DNA of 64,000 nucleotides from a virus (lineage: Duplodnaviria > Caudoviricetes): IMG/VR virus record IMGVR_UViG_3300047564_001818; one strand, given 5' to 3'. The notes beneath the pieces are model-generated. The model was not told the origin of the DNA. It ran no database searches and was given only the letters and a program-made list of their open reading frames with translations. The position numbers and the translations under genes are program-made. Shown piece by piece: positions 45,476 through 60,400 of this stretch; position 1 is the stretch's first letter; each line of letters opens with the position of its first letter.

Positions 45476-48400
45476 TGGCTTACAACGACAATCAAAACGA
45501 AAATCCGTTACCAGTTCCAGGCAACGAAAAACGTTCAGCATCTGATCTAATTCCAAAGTTTTTTAGAACAGAAGCTAACAGAAAGTTTTTACAAGGAACT
45601 ATTGATCAATTAATACAGCCCGGAGTTGCAGAAAAACTAAGCGGATTTGTGGGTCGTAAAACTGCCAAAGCTTTTCGTAGTACAGACAACTATGTGGGTG
45701 ATGTAAGCAGTAACAGAGAAAATTATCAATTTGAGCCTGCGGCTGTTATTAAAGACAGTCTAGACAATGTTACTTTTTATAAAGACTACAACGATTATTT
45801 AGGAGCTTTAAACTTTTTTGGAGCCAACACCAGTAATCATGATCGTCTTAACAGCCAAGAATACTATGCTTGGGACCCGCACGTTGACTGGGACAAGTTT
45901 GTAAACTTTCGTGAATATTACTGGTTACCTAATGGACCATTATCTGTACCAGTGCGCGGCCAACAAAGAACAATAGTTAGCACTTATACTGTTACAACTG
46001 TAGTAGAAGATGACAACACAGCATATATTTTTAACGACGGTTTTGTTAGAAATCCAACACTAAAACTCTACAGAGGTCAAACCTACAGATTTGAAATAGA
46101 TACCCCTGGACATCCTATTGCTTTTGCTATTAGCAGAACATTCACGCCGGGTGCTGCTATACTAACTGCAGGTAGAGAAGGCTTGCGAGCAAGTGGATTG
46201 TTTGATGGCATACTCTACGGTAACGAATATGACCAAGGCGACTTTATTATATTGCCTAGCAGCGGTAGTGTAACCTTTGAAGAAGATGAAAACGTTAGTA
46301 CATTGTATCCTGATGGTATTCGCAAACTGGGCGAAGATGGAGAAGAAGTTGCTACTGTTTACATAGAAAAAGGCACAATAGAATTTACTATTCCTGCCAA
46401 TGCTCCTGATAGACTGTACTATATTAGTAAAAACAATATTGACACTAGCGGATTGTTTAGAATTTATGATGTTGAAGAAAACACATTTCTTGATGTAGTT
46501 GCTGACATATTAGGCAAGAAAACATACCGTACTGCTGATGGTATAGAACTGTCAAATGGTATGAAACTAGAGTTTACAGGAGACGTTGCACCTGCCGAAT
46601 ACAGCAACAACTCATGGTATGTAGAAGGTGTTGGAGACAAAATACGTCTAGTCAAAGACATTGATCTTACAATTCCAGCAGCCTATTCTCAAAATAAATT
46701 AGTACCATTTGATGCTGATGCATTTGACATATTACCGTTTGCTAATGCTAGTTCATTTCCAGCTGAAAAAGATTATATTGTTATTAACAGAGCAGCACAA
46801 GATAAAAATGCTTGGAGTCGCTATAATCGTTGGTTCCACCGAACTGTAGTAGAAACTAGTTTCTTACGCAACAATCTACCTGTAAACATTGACGAAGAAT
46901 CTAGAGCCAAACGTCCTATTATTGAGTTTGAGGCTGGCTTAAAACTTTACAACTTTGGTACAGAAGCCAAGCGCGATGTTGATCTAGTAGACGTTTTTAC
47001 TAAAGATGTATTTTCTACAATAGAAGGGCAAATAGGTTACAACGTAGACGGTATTGACTTTGCTGATGGAATGAGAATATTATTTACAGCAGATACTGAC
47101 ATACTAGTACGTGGTAAAATATATCAAGTTAACTTTATACAAATAGGGAATCGTAGACAGATTAGTCTAGTAGAAACTGCTGACAGTGAACCGCTAGAAA
47201 ACGAAACTGTGTTTATTACCCAAGGCAACAAATATGCTGGCCAAACATTCTACTATAACGGCACAGATTGGCGTCTAGCACAAGAAAAAACACAGCGTAA
47301 CCAACCTCCTATGTTTGACCTTTGCTGTCCGCAAGGAAACGAATTTGCTGACACTAATGTTTTTGACAGCGCAACATTCAGAGGAACAAAACTTTTTAGC
47401 TATAGACAAGGCACTGGCACTGTTGATCCTGAACTAGGATTTCCTTTAACCTATAGAAATATTGAAAACAGCGGCGATATACTGTTCGACTTCAATCTAC
47501 TCACTGACAGTTTTACAGTTCAAACTGATAGCGGCATTGTGACTGTGACTACTGATACTGCTAATCTACGAAAATACAACAATAGAATTGACTTTGCTTG
47601 GGTTAATGGCTGGTCGAGTGTAGCATCAACTAGTAAACAATATGTAGTAAGACAGTATGTAGCAGACGAACTTGTTTTAAATAACTTTGAAATAGATGTC
47701 TATGATAAGGCAGGCAATCTTAACGACCTTAAAGTTATTGTACAAGTCAACAATAGTCTAAAAGTAAAACTACAAGATTATGAAGTTGACAGAACTGATG
47801 CCAGGGCATTTGTTCGTTTCTACAATAATCTAAACGAAGGCGATGTAGTAGTCATTAAAACTCGCAGCGCCACAGAAAAAAATGCCAACGGCTACTACGA
47901 GTTCCCGCATAACTTAGAACGCAACCCGCAAAATCAAGATGTAACAGAGTTTACGTTAGGTGAAGTTATTGATCATGTAGACAGTATGATTGAAGAAATT
48001 AACAGTTTCAGTGGTGTATTTCCGGGAACTAGCAATCTAAGAGACTTAGGCAACGTTGACGCTTACGGTAAGAAGTTTGTTAAGCACACCGGACCTATCA
48101 ACTTACCTCTCTATCACTTAACTACTAAAGATTACAATATTTTTAAAGCACTAAGATACAGCAGAGATGAATATGCCAAGTTTAAACGTGTGTTTTTAGA
48201 AACTGCTGAAACATTGGGATTTGATGGCGAAACAAGAATACATGTTGACAAAATACTAGCGGATATTAACAAGGACAAAATTAAAAGTCAGCCTTTCTAT
48301 TTCTCAGACATGATAGGTTATGGACCTCTCAACAGAATAGAATATGAAGTTTTAGATTCTAGGTCAATTTTTTATGCTCTTAGTAGAACATTCTCACTGT

Positions 48401-51400
48401 CAACAGTTAGTTCAGCTAGTGTATTAATATATCTAAACGGTCGTCAACTGATACACAGCAGAGACTACACATTTAACACAGACGGTTATGCACTGATCAG
48501 TGCAGGCCAACAAGAAGGCGACATAATCGAAATAGTTGAATACTCTACAACTGACGGTAGCTTCATTGCTCCAACTCCTTCTAAACTAGGCCTATTCCCT
48601 AAGTATGAACCTGAACTGACTATAGACGACACTTATCAAACTGAAGAACCTAGCACTACAGGCCCATACAAGATTTATGGAGAAGTTGACGTTGGTCCAA
48701 TTCTAGCAGGTACTAGAGGTTGGTTCTATCCTGTTTATACTACACGTTCGGCAGCACGAGCAGCAGATCAAGCACTTGGCGGCACAGGAGTAGTCGAATC
48801 GTATCAGTTTAAAGGTCTTAATAGAACGTTGTATATGGCAGTAAATGCCCAAAATACTAGAGGCGGCCAAGATAACATAGAAATAGATGCTTATCCTGTA
48901 GGTATACCTTTTGTGAGAGGTCACGACGGCAGCTATATTAGAGCTTATCTTGACTATAGAGATAATCTACTAATAGAACTAGAAAATAGAATATTTAATA
49001 ACATCAAGGTTGAATGGTCAGAAGACATAACAGATATCTACAGTTTCCTTGGCGGCGATTTTAGAACTAGTGAGTTCTCTAAAACTGAAATTGACAGAAG
49101 CTTGCTAACAGATTTTACCCAATGGCTGAAGTTAGTAGATAACGATTATACTGACAATTTCTTTTATGATAGACTAAACGAGTTTACATTCAACTATTCA
49201 AATGCTAATAATCCTCAAGGCAAACTGATACCGGGATTTTGGAGAGGCGTGTACAAACGTGCGTTTGACACAGACCGTCCTCACAGTCATCCATGGGAAA
49301 TGATAGGATTTGCTATTAAACCTGAGTGGTGGAACACAGTGTATGGACCTGCTCCGTACACTAGCGATAACTTAATAATGTGGAGAGACTTAGAACAAGG
49401 TATCGTAAGAGAGCCAAATAAAGAAACAGTAGTTCGTGCTAAGTTTACTAGACCTGGTCTAGTAAACTTTATTCCTGTAGATGATCAAGGCCGCTTAAAA
49501 TCACCATTGGCATCTAGTTATGTTAAAAACTTTGTACCGAGATTAAGTACAGGTAACTTTAACTTTGGAGATGAAGCACCTGTAGAAACAGCATGGCGAA
49601 GAAGTTCGCAGTATCCATTTGCTGTAATTACAAGCTTGCTCTTAAACAAGCCTGCCCAAACTATGGGCTCGGGGTTTGACGTTAGCAGAATTTCTAAAAA
49701 CTTAGCAGGTCAAAAGGTTTACGCAGCGTCGAGTAAACCAATATCAAATCTAGACATTGTATTTCCTAATACAATTTCTGACAATCAAAGAATATTAACT
49801 GCTGGTTTTGTAAACTACATTTACAATCTAGTAGCTAGTGACATACTAGCAGTATATAGTGACTATCAAACACAACTTACAAGTTTGACAAATCAGCTAG
49901 GCTTTAAACTAGGTGGATTTACTGACACACAAAAGTTAAATCTAATACTTGAAAGCAGATCGCCTGCTGCAACGTTTGAAGGCGGCGTGTTTGTACCTCA
50001 GGAAAACTATAAAATAGTATTCAATACTAGTTCTCCTGTTGATCTAGCAGTTTATAGCGGTGTAGCAGTAGAAAAGGTAGCCAACGGATTTGTTGTGAGA
50101 GGTTATAACAACGATGCTCCGTTCTTTGAATACTATGCACCTAGAACAGGTACTAGTGGTGTTTCTGTAACAGTAGGCGGAATCTCAGAAACTGCTTCAG
50201 AATGGCGATCAAATACTAGATACCAAGAAGGTCAAATTATACAAAATACCAATGCCTTCTATAGAGCAACGGCAACTTTTACGTCAGGCAACACTTTTGA
50301 CACTGATAACCTAGCACGATTACCAGTATTACCTATTGTTGGCGGAAAAACAGCAGAGTTTAAGCGAACTTTTGAAAATACACAAGTTAGATCAATACCA
50401 TACGGAACGTTACTAGCAAACAGCCAGGCAGTAGTTGACTTTTTATTAGGATATGGTGCTAGACTAGAAGATATAGGATTTGATTTTAACTTTGTAGAAA
50501 ACGAAGGTCGTGTTAACAACTGGGATTCAGCAGCAAGAGAGTTCTTGTTCTGGACCACACAAGGTTGGGCCAGCGGCACTGTGATTACAATATCGCCGGC
50601 AGCTAATAGATTCTTTTTCCAAAGAGATTATGCTGTTGTTGATGACATTTACGACAAGTTTTACAATTACAGTATACTTCAAGCAGACGGTCAATCACTG
50701 CCTAGAGAGTTTGGCAGCTTGTTAAGAGATCAAAACAGTTTTGGTTTAGAAACTGTAAACACAGACGAAGGGCTTTACTCAATAGCATTGCCCTTAGTAC
50801 AAAAAGAACACGTAGTACTACTAGACAATCGCACAATATTTAACGATATTGTTTACCAGCCTAGCACAGGCTATCGCAGAGACAGAATTAAAGTAGCAGG
50901 TTATCGTTCAGACAACTGGAACGGCGGCCTAAATATTCCTGGTTTTGTATACGACGAAGCAATAACCACAGAATGGACACAGTGGCGAGATTATGCTATA
51001 GGTAGCTTGGTTAAGTATAAACAGTTTTACTATGTGGCTACTGAAAATGTTTCCGGTAGTAAAGATTTTAATAGTAACTTCTGGTTTAGACTAAATGAAA
51101 AGCCAGCGCCAGAACTGATCACTAACTTTGATTACAGAATCAACCAGTTTACAGATTTCTATGACCTAGACACCGATGGATTTGACGCTGAACTACAGCG
51201 TATGGCACAACATTTAACAGGTTATCAAAAGCGCCAGTACCTTGCTAACATCATTAACGACGATGTTAGCCAGTACAAGTTCTATCAAGGTATGATACAA
51301 GACAAAGGTACTAAGAATGCACTTACAAAACTGTTTGGCAAGCTTAGTTCGGCCGGCGAAGAAAGTCTTGAGTTTTTTGAAGAATGGGCGCTACAAGTAG

Positions 51401-54400
51401 GACGTTTTGGTGCAGTTGATAGTGTACAGCAGATAGAGTTTAATCTTAAACAAGATAAAATGCAAGAGTCACCACAGGCTATTGAACTTGTAAACAGTTT
51501 ACCTGCTCTAAACTTTGACAAAATATATCGCATCTTGCCATTTGAGATGTACGACAAACCTGCAGATTACAATCACAAACCGTTTCCGATTAAACCGCTG
51601 GATAAAGAATATATCAGATCAGCAGGCTACGTAAATGAAGAAGACGTTTCATTCATAGTAGGCACTACAGAAGAACTCAACACAGGTGACGTAAATCTTT
51701 TAGGACTAGGTGAATATGTTTGGGTTACCGAAGTAGGTGCAACTCCTTGGGATGTTTACCAACATGTAGCTACTAATGCTAGAGTAATTGAACTAGAGGA
51801 CAACCAAGAAACTAACAGTCAAGGTATACCTCTAATGAGTCTACTACTTGACAAGTGGGCCAAGGACCACGTTCAACCTGGCGATCTAGTTGGTGTAAGA
51901 TCTGCGCAAGACAACAATCTTAATAGCATATATAAAGTCGATAGCATTGATCTAGAAGTTGTTAAAATACAAGTTCCTGCAGATAACGAAATAACACCAT
52001 TTGGCACAGCAAACTACATTTTAACTAAGCTAAGAAGTGTAAGAGCTAACGATCTAACTGGTCTTGCAGCACTAGCACAAGAAAAATTGTACAACAATCA
52101 ACGTGTATGGGTTGATGACTACAACGGTGATTGGGCTGTTCTTGAAAACACACCTGTTTATGTAAATCGTCAAACTCTATCAAATCTGTCTGATTTTGAC
52201 AGCACTGTGCAGGACTTTGGTGCAAGCATTGCAGCAACTCCTGACAACAACAACATTTTTGTAGCAGCACCAGGTGATGCCAACGGTAAGATATTCTTCT
52301 ATCGCAGAACTAAAGAAACATTCAACTTCAACGTTGATCAAGAGATAGTGCTAGATGAACCTAATCTCTATACTGTAACTAATAGTGGATTTGCATCTAG
52401 TGTCGACGTTTCAGAAGACGGCGAGTATTTAGTTGTAGGATTACCCGATGCTAGCGGTGTAAAAACTAGATTTAAAGGAAACTTTGATGCCGATGTTACA
52501 TATAACAAAAATGAAATTGTAAAATATCGTGACAGCTTGTGGAAAGCTAACAGAACTATTCTTCCACAAATTGCAACACAGTCGTTCAGCACATTTGATA
52601 CCTACGTTAACATTGCTAACAGTGCAGACGTAGATTCTACTAGCCTTACACTGCTAGTAGCAGGTGATCCAGGGCTTGAAGACAATACTGTTGATCACTT
52701 GTTAGTTCGTGCTCCTAAAGACATGTATCTAGGCACTAAAGCTGGTGATACTATAAACTTATTTTGGAACAGACGTAGTTATGCTTACCCAACACTGGAT
52801 GTGTTTCTTCCGTTTGATGGAGTAATACCTCAAATAACACCAGAGTTTTTACAACAAGATCATGAAATTATAGAAAAAATAGATCATGTATTTTTTGTAG
52901 AAACTTTTGTTACACTACCCAGTGTTGGCGATATTGTAACTACGGATACTGGTCAAGCAGAAGTGTTTTATGTAAGCACTAAAAGAGATAGTGCAGTTCT
53001 TTATCTAAAAAATACCAATGGTACATTTGATATTAGTGGCGAATTGTTTATACAAGCAGTAGACTTTGTAGGGTTTTATACAGAAGAAGACACTTACAAT
53101 ACTAGTGATACAATTGACGGTTTTTGGTATATAGAAACACCTAGCTATTCAAACAACGGTCGTTATTATGATGTAGGTCGTGGACTTGTATATGCTGATG
53201 TAAGACTACAAGGATCTACTAGATCGCTAAATGCTTACTATAATGTTCAAGATACTATAGGTGTTATAGGTAACTATGTTTTAAACAGAGATAGAGTTAG
53301 TTTTGTAACTCAGTTAGCCTATAGAGGAGACCCTGCAGGCGCAGACGGTGTGAACGGAACAGAACAAAACATACCTTCAGATCTTTGGGTTGTTAGAGCT
53401 GGAAAAATCTTTACTGATACATTGACAGCAGGAGACAGTTTTGAATTCCGCATGTATGATCTTGATAACAGAGACTTAACCAACACACTTGATCTTGCTG
53501 GTATTACTGGAAACTACACTGTTACTAACAAAACACAAACTGTCTATGATCTGTGGGACGGATACATTGATTTTGAATTTACGAGATTTGACTTTAGTGG
53601 TTTTCCTTTTGAACCTCAAATAGGAGACATAATTGAAGACGTTCAAACTCCTAGAGACGGCACAGGCGGCCTAGCTCTTACTAGCATAACAACTAGTAGT
53701 GCTGAAGTTGTTTACTTACAGCGCAACTTTAACAGCGTCAGAGTTTATGTAAAAGTTCTCTCAGGCACGTGGGCACAACAAAACAATATTGGTCGTTACG
53801 AAATAAGACGCAATGCCAACAACTCAATTAGAGGACCGGGTGATGTCGATCGTGTTATGGGAACTGTTAACTCTCCTAATAATGATATTGTGGTAGGAAC
53901 AGCACAGGTTGGTAAACTCATAGTATTCCAAAACACAGTAAACTTTACAGATACAAGAGCATGGAATGCTATTCCTCCTGTAGTAGATGAAGAATATTTC
54001 TTCTTTGACGAAACAGTAGAATCAGGTATAGCTCGTGAACCTAACACACCGTTCAGCCTCAACAAGGATTATACACAGGTCTACCACATTCCTGCTGATG
54101 AGTTTGGCACAGCAGGACCTGCAGGCGAAGGCGCAGTGGCCATATTCCGCAAACTACCAGACGGCAGATACAGGTTTAAAAAGCTGTTTGTAAGCGAATA
54201 CGGAACTGCAAACAGAGGGTTTGGTAAAACTGTTAAAATTAAACAGGTCAACAACTATTATACACTGTTTGTGTCAAGCATAGGAAATGGCAGTAGAGAT
54301 CATCCTGGCAGCGTAGAAATATTCCGTCACGGTACTAAACCTAGCGACAGTTTCCGTGGAGAATATAAACTTACTGCTTACTCACAAGGTGATATAGTAA

Positions 54401-57400
54401 TCTACAAAGATGAATACTATGTTGCTAGAAAGAATGTGTCAGAGACTGAGAACAGAATACAAGATCCAATCTATTGGAATAATATTAGCTGGCGTAGAGG
54501 AAAAGATGTCAACTACAGAGGTGACTGGGATAACAGCTACGGATATGCAACAGGAAGTATTGTACGATACAACAGTAAATTCTATCAAGCACAGACTAAC
54601 ATAGCAGCAGATGAACCATTTAATACTGCTCTATGGCAAGAACTTAGTGAGTTGATTGATTATGTAGGATATCTACCAAATCTAACTGGTGTAAATGCTT
54701 ACAATGAAGATGTGTTTGATCCAGTAACTAATATTGCACAGTTTAGCAACGCATTTGATGTAAGCAGAGATGCACAAGTTATCGTAATCACTGCTGAACT
54801 AGTTAATGCCAGCAGCACTAGTGAAACTAAGGTATTGGTATACAGAGAAACTGGCGACAAATACCTGTTGGATCAAATCATTGATGCTCCTGAATTACAA
54901 AACACAACTGATTGGGCAAGAAAAATTAGCATACGTCCGAGCGGAACACAGTTTGCTATCAGTGCTCCTTTAGATGATGTTATAAAAACTAATCAAGGTC
55001 AAGTGTATGTTTACAATCAAGTAGACGGCGAGTTTGTGTTAAGTCAAACATTAACACCGCCAAACAATGAAGAAAGTGAACAGTTTGGTTATGACATTAG
55101 TTTTGGTGAAGATAACCTTGTAGTATCTAGTTTAAATGGCGATCAAAGAATACCTGCTACTTTTGACAGCGGCGCAACTGTGTTTGACAACAACTTTACT
55201 AATTTTAGAAACATTAAACTAGATACAGGTGTAGTTTATATATTTGAAGAACTTAACAATAGATTAGTTTATAGCGAACAGTTCCGCTACGATTCTGCAC
55301 AGTCAGAGTTTGGTGAAACACTGTTAGCTAATGATAATCATGTTTATGTGGGTGTGCCGTCACATGCGTCTAACGAAACTTCAAAAGGTATCGTAGTTGA
55401 TTACAGAAAGCCAAAAGGTGTTTATGCTTGGAATACACTAAGATCAAGTGTTACACCTGTTGACATCTCTAGAATAGAAGGCATATTCCTTTACAACAAG
55501 CGTACTAATCAGATTGTTAGTTACATTGATTATGTTGATCCAATACAAGGCAAGATCCCGGGTGTTGTAGAACAAGAGTTAACTTACAAGATAGGATTTG
55601 ATCCTGCGGTATACAATGTTGGCGATTTAACTGACACAACAGTTGATCCTTCAAGATACTGGGGTGCAGAACACGTAGGCCAAACTTGGTGGAACATTAA
55701 TACTGCTAGATTTGCTTTCCCATATCAAGGATCAACTGCGTTCCAAAAGAACGAATGGAACCGTTTGATGCCAGCAGCAACTATTGACATTTACGAATGG
55801 GTAGAAAGCGATTTACTACCGAGTCAATGGGATCAGCTAGCAGACACTGATGCAGGAGTTGATAGAGCAATAAGTGGTACATCTGTTTATAGTGACGCCA
55901 AATATAGTGCTAGATTAACTTATGACGATGTTGGCCAAACTTTTAGTGTCAAATATTACTTCTGGGTACAGAATAAGAAAACTGTACCAGTAAGCAGAGA
56001 CAGACTTATTAGCACTTTTGAAATGGCTAATCTAGTTGCTAGACCAAGAGAACAAGGCTATAGATTTGTTAGCTTCCTAAGTGAAAATAAGTTTGTAGTA
56101 AACAACTTTGAAAATCTAGTAACTTCAGATGACTTAGTACTAAACATACGTTATAGCACAGGACCGCAAAAAGAACAAAACACACATGCGCAGTACCTAT
56201 TGATGTCAGACGGGTTAGACCGCAGCAGACCAGATCCTGACGTTGAACGCAAGTGGTTTGATAGCTTGATAGGTGTTGACACCAACAACAGACCTGTACC
56301 AGATCCAAACATACCGGCTGCTAAACGCTATGGTATACAGAATCGTCCAAGACAGGGCATGTTTGTAAATCGCATAGAAGCACTCAAGCAAGCTATAGAG
56401 CGTGTAAATCTTGTAATATCTCAAAATCTAATAGTGGATCAATATGATATTGACAGACTGTTCGAAAAAGAACCACAGCCATCTACAGCTACAAAATTGT
56501 ATGATCTGTCAGTTGACACTTATGCTGATCTACGATTTGTAAGTACAAACAAAGTAACACCTGCTAGACTGAGACCTGTAGTATTGAATGGTCGTTTGAT
56601 TAGAGTAGACATCACAGAAAGCGGACGCGGGTACAAAGTTGCTCCTAGCATTGAAATAGTTGGCAGCGGAGTAAATGCAGAAGTTGAACTAACAATTAAT
56701 AATCTAGGACAAGTAATTGCAGCAGAAGTAGTTAATGACGGTTCGGGATATGACGAAAACACACTAGTTAACGTAAGAAGATTCACTGTCCTAGTAAATA
56801 GTGATGAAACACTAAACGGTAAATGGGCACTTTACTCATGGAACAACAACACTAACTCATGGTTTAGAAGCAGCCTACAAGATTACGATGTAAGCTTGTA
56901 CTGGAACTATGTTGACTGGTATGCAGAAAGCTACAATCAGTTTACAAACATTGATTACGAAGTTGATGGTGCTTATCTATTGAGCAGTCTAGATGATCTA
57001 GTAGGCGATATAGTAAAGATCAAAAACGTAGGTAGTGGCGGCTGGCTGCTGTTAGAAAAAGTTGCCAGCGAGCGTACAGAAGATTATACCATAAACTATA
57101 AGACTATAGGTCGTCAAAATGGTACAATACAGTTTAAAGACAGCTTGTATGATTATTCTAAGAATACAGTCGGATTTGATAATCGCAGCTTTGACAGCTG
57201 GTTCTATGATAATAATCCTGCCAAAGAGTTGAGAATCATACTAGAAACACTGCGTGACAACATATTGATTACTGATCTTGCTGTAGAATACAATCAACTG
57301 TTTTTTGCAAGCTTGCGTTATATTCTAGCAGAACAGCCAAGAGTTGATTGGATGTTCAAAACTAGTTTTGTGAATGTTAAACATAATCTAGGTGCGCTTG

Positions 57401-60400
57401 AACAAAAGATAAATTTTGAAAACAATAAGCTACCTAGTTATCAAGCTTATGTCGAAGAAGTAAAACCATACAGCACCAAAATAAGAGAGTTTGTAAGTTC
57501 GTATAACAGTCTAGACAATACCAACAGCAGTGTAACAGACTTTGATAATGCACCTTACTATGATGAGTTGACTAAACGTATAGAAGCTAGTCGTGCAGTT
57601 ATACGTGACGGTGTATTGTTTGGTGCCAATTCTCTTGCTAACGAATATCCACGCAAGCATTGGGCGGATAACATAGGTTATGGCGTAAAAGAAATACGCA
57701 TAGCTAATCCTGGCAGTGGATATACCGGCGAACCTAAAATACGCTTAGAAAGCAGTGAAGGCACTGGGGCTACAGCTCGTGCATACTTAGGTTATGGACG
57801 CATTACTAAGATTGAAGTAACCAATCCGGGTCAAGGGTATATTACAACACCTAGAGTAGTAATAGAAGGACCGCAGAACGACACAGGCGTACCGGCCTTA
57901 GCTAGTGCCATACTAGGCAACGGACTGGTAAGAACACCTTCAATAAGAATCAAGTTTGACAGAACAGCAGGCATTTACACATTTGAAGATCTAGCCGAAA
58001 CAGAAACATTCACAGGTTCAAATGTAAGATCTGTATTTGATCTAGAATGGCCAATGGATCTTGATAATAGAAAAGTTAAAGTATATGTAAACGGCACTGA
58101 ACAGTTAAGAAGTCAATACAGCTACAAGAATGTAGACTATTTGCCAACAGCTGAATCTTTAGCTAAAGATTTTGTGTATAACAATATAACCAGCGCAGCA
58201 GGTCCTGGAACACAAAAGTTAGTAGAAGGTTACAGCTACCAAAAAGGTCGCATAACTTTTGCTCGTCCTCCTGCCAGTGGTGCAACCATAACAGTTGAAT
58301 ACTACAAGCCGTTAAGTATGCTAGGAGCTGAAGACCGTATTAGGTTTGCTTATGCTCCTGTTGCAGGTATGTTAGGTAACGATCTAGCACAGCTAATGAG
58401 CGGTGTAGACTATGGTGGTGTTGAAGTACGTGGATTTGATTTTGGCGGCCCGAGCGGATGGGATAGCCAAGGATGGTACACAGACACTTGGGATACCTTT
58501 GATAACACATTTGAAGATGAAGTATTTGTAGCAGATGGATCTACTATAACAGTCGAACTATCACAACCACTAACTAACGGCGTTGTCTACAACCTTTATA
58601 AGAACGGTGTAAGATTAGACGATCCTAGCTATAACAATGGAACACCTACAAATCCAAATGCTGTAACTAATAGCATAACAGGCAACGGTGTAACTACGGT
58701 TATCGATCTTGACGATCTAGGTATACCATTGTTAGACGGCGACATACTGATTGTAAGAAAAGTTACTAGCGACGGCAGTGTAATACCCGATCCTCTCAGC
58801 TATGATATGGCACTGTCAGGCGGTGATTTAGCATATCAAACAGCTAGAGGCGTTAACCCGGAAGAGATTGTTATAGACGGTGACGGTTTTGTTACACCTA
58901 CAACATCAAGCGGTCCAGAAGAACTAGTACCAGGACAAGTTCTTGATACACTGGATATCAAAGTCTATACTAGAGAGAGTAGCGGCCAAGGCATGATCTA
59001 TAGCCAAAGCTACATTATGAACAGTGCCGTTACTGTTTATGATCTAGGTGTTATACCCGGCAATCAAAACAGTGTGATTGTAAAACTTAACAATGTAATA
59101 TTACCAGCAGACCAGTATACTATAGACTGGACTAATCGTACAGTTGAAATATTAAACCCAATCAATGGTGCAGAACTGAATATTGTTACTGTTGGTCTTG
59201 GCACTCAAAACATCATGGACTACGGATTCTTTACATCTGTAGAAGGTCAAACTGATTATGTAACTACAGTTGAATGGACAGACAATGCTAATGTGTATGT
59301 CACCGTGAATGGTGTACAACAGGCTGTATTAGTGTTTAGAAATAGTGTTAACAATAGAACTGCATTTAGATTCGACACACCGACCGCAGCAAGTGATATA
59401 ATATATTGGGTTGTATTTGATAATAGCACAGAAGTAAACTACAGTCAAATAGTCAAAGACTCATTTACAGCCAACGGTACAGATACTCAGTTTGAACTGC
59501 TAACTGCTCCGTTCTATGCTCAGCCTAACGAACACAACATACTTGTTAAAGTAGGCAACTCAATACTAAACGCAGGATACAATCTACAGTTTACTATACC
59601 AAGCACGGGCGACAGAGAATATGCACTAGAAACATTCCAACAGCCTGTAGGTTCACTTGATGTGTCTGAAGTGAAGGTATTTTTAAACGGCATAGAGATT
59701 ACAGCTCCAGTACAGTGGCGTTTAGATATTAATAACAGTTCAGTTATATTATCAGATGAAGTAGGTGTACCTGGAGATCTTTTAGAATTTTATGTAATTG
59801 CAGACGGCGACTATAGAATTTCTAATAAAACTGTAACACTTAATACTGCACCTGCTAATGGTACTGTAGTTGAGATATATCAGTTTAGCAATCATGATTT
59901 GTTGGGCATTGAAAGAATTAACTATGATGTGGTTGCCAGAACAACATTAATACCAGAAGACATACAGTATGTAACCTACAACAGACTAACAGTAGGAGAA
60001 ATCACACTAAGATCACCAGCAGTGGATGCTGAGTATGTTTGGGTAGCAGTAAACGGCGAACTGTTAACACCTAGTGTTGACTACTACGTAACCAATGACA
60101 GAACTAAACTAAGACTAGTACGCACCCCTGCTGCTAATGATGTGATTGATGTAATACATTTTACAACACCTGTAAATGTAGCGAGATTTGCATATCGTCA
60201 GTTTAAAGATATGTTGAACCGTACGCACTTCAAGCGTCTAGATACCGCAGCAACAGCACTAGCACAACCGCTGAACTACTACGATCTAAGAATAGAACTA
60301 GTTGACGGAACTGCATTGGCTGAACCAAACAAGGGTCAAAACATGCCGGGAATCGTTTGGATTAACAGTGAACGTATTGAATACTTTGTAAAAGAAGGCA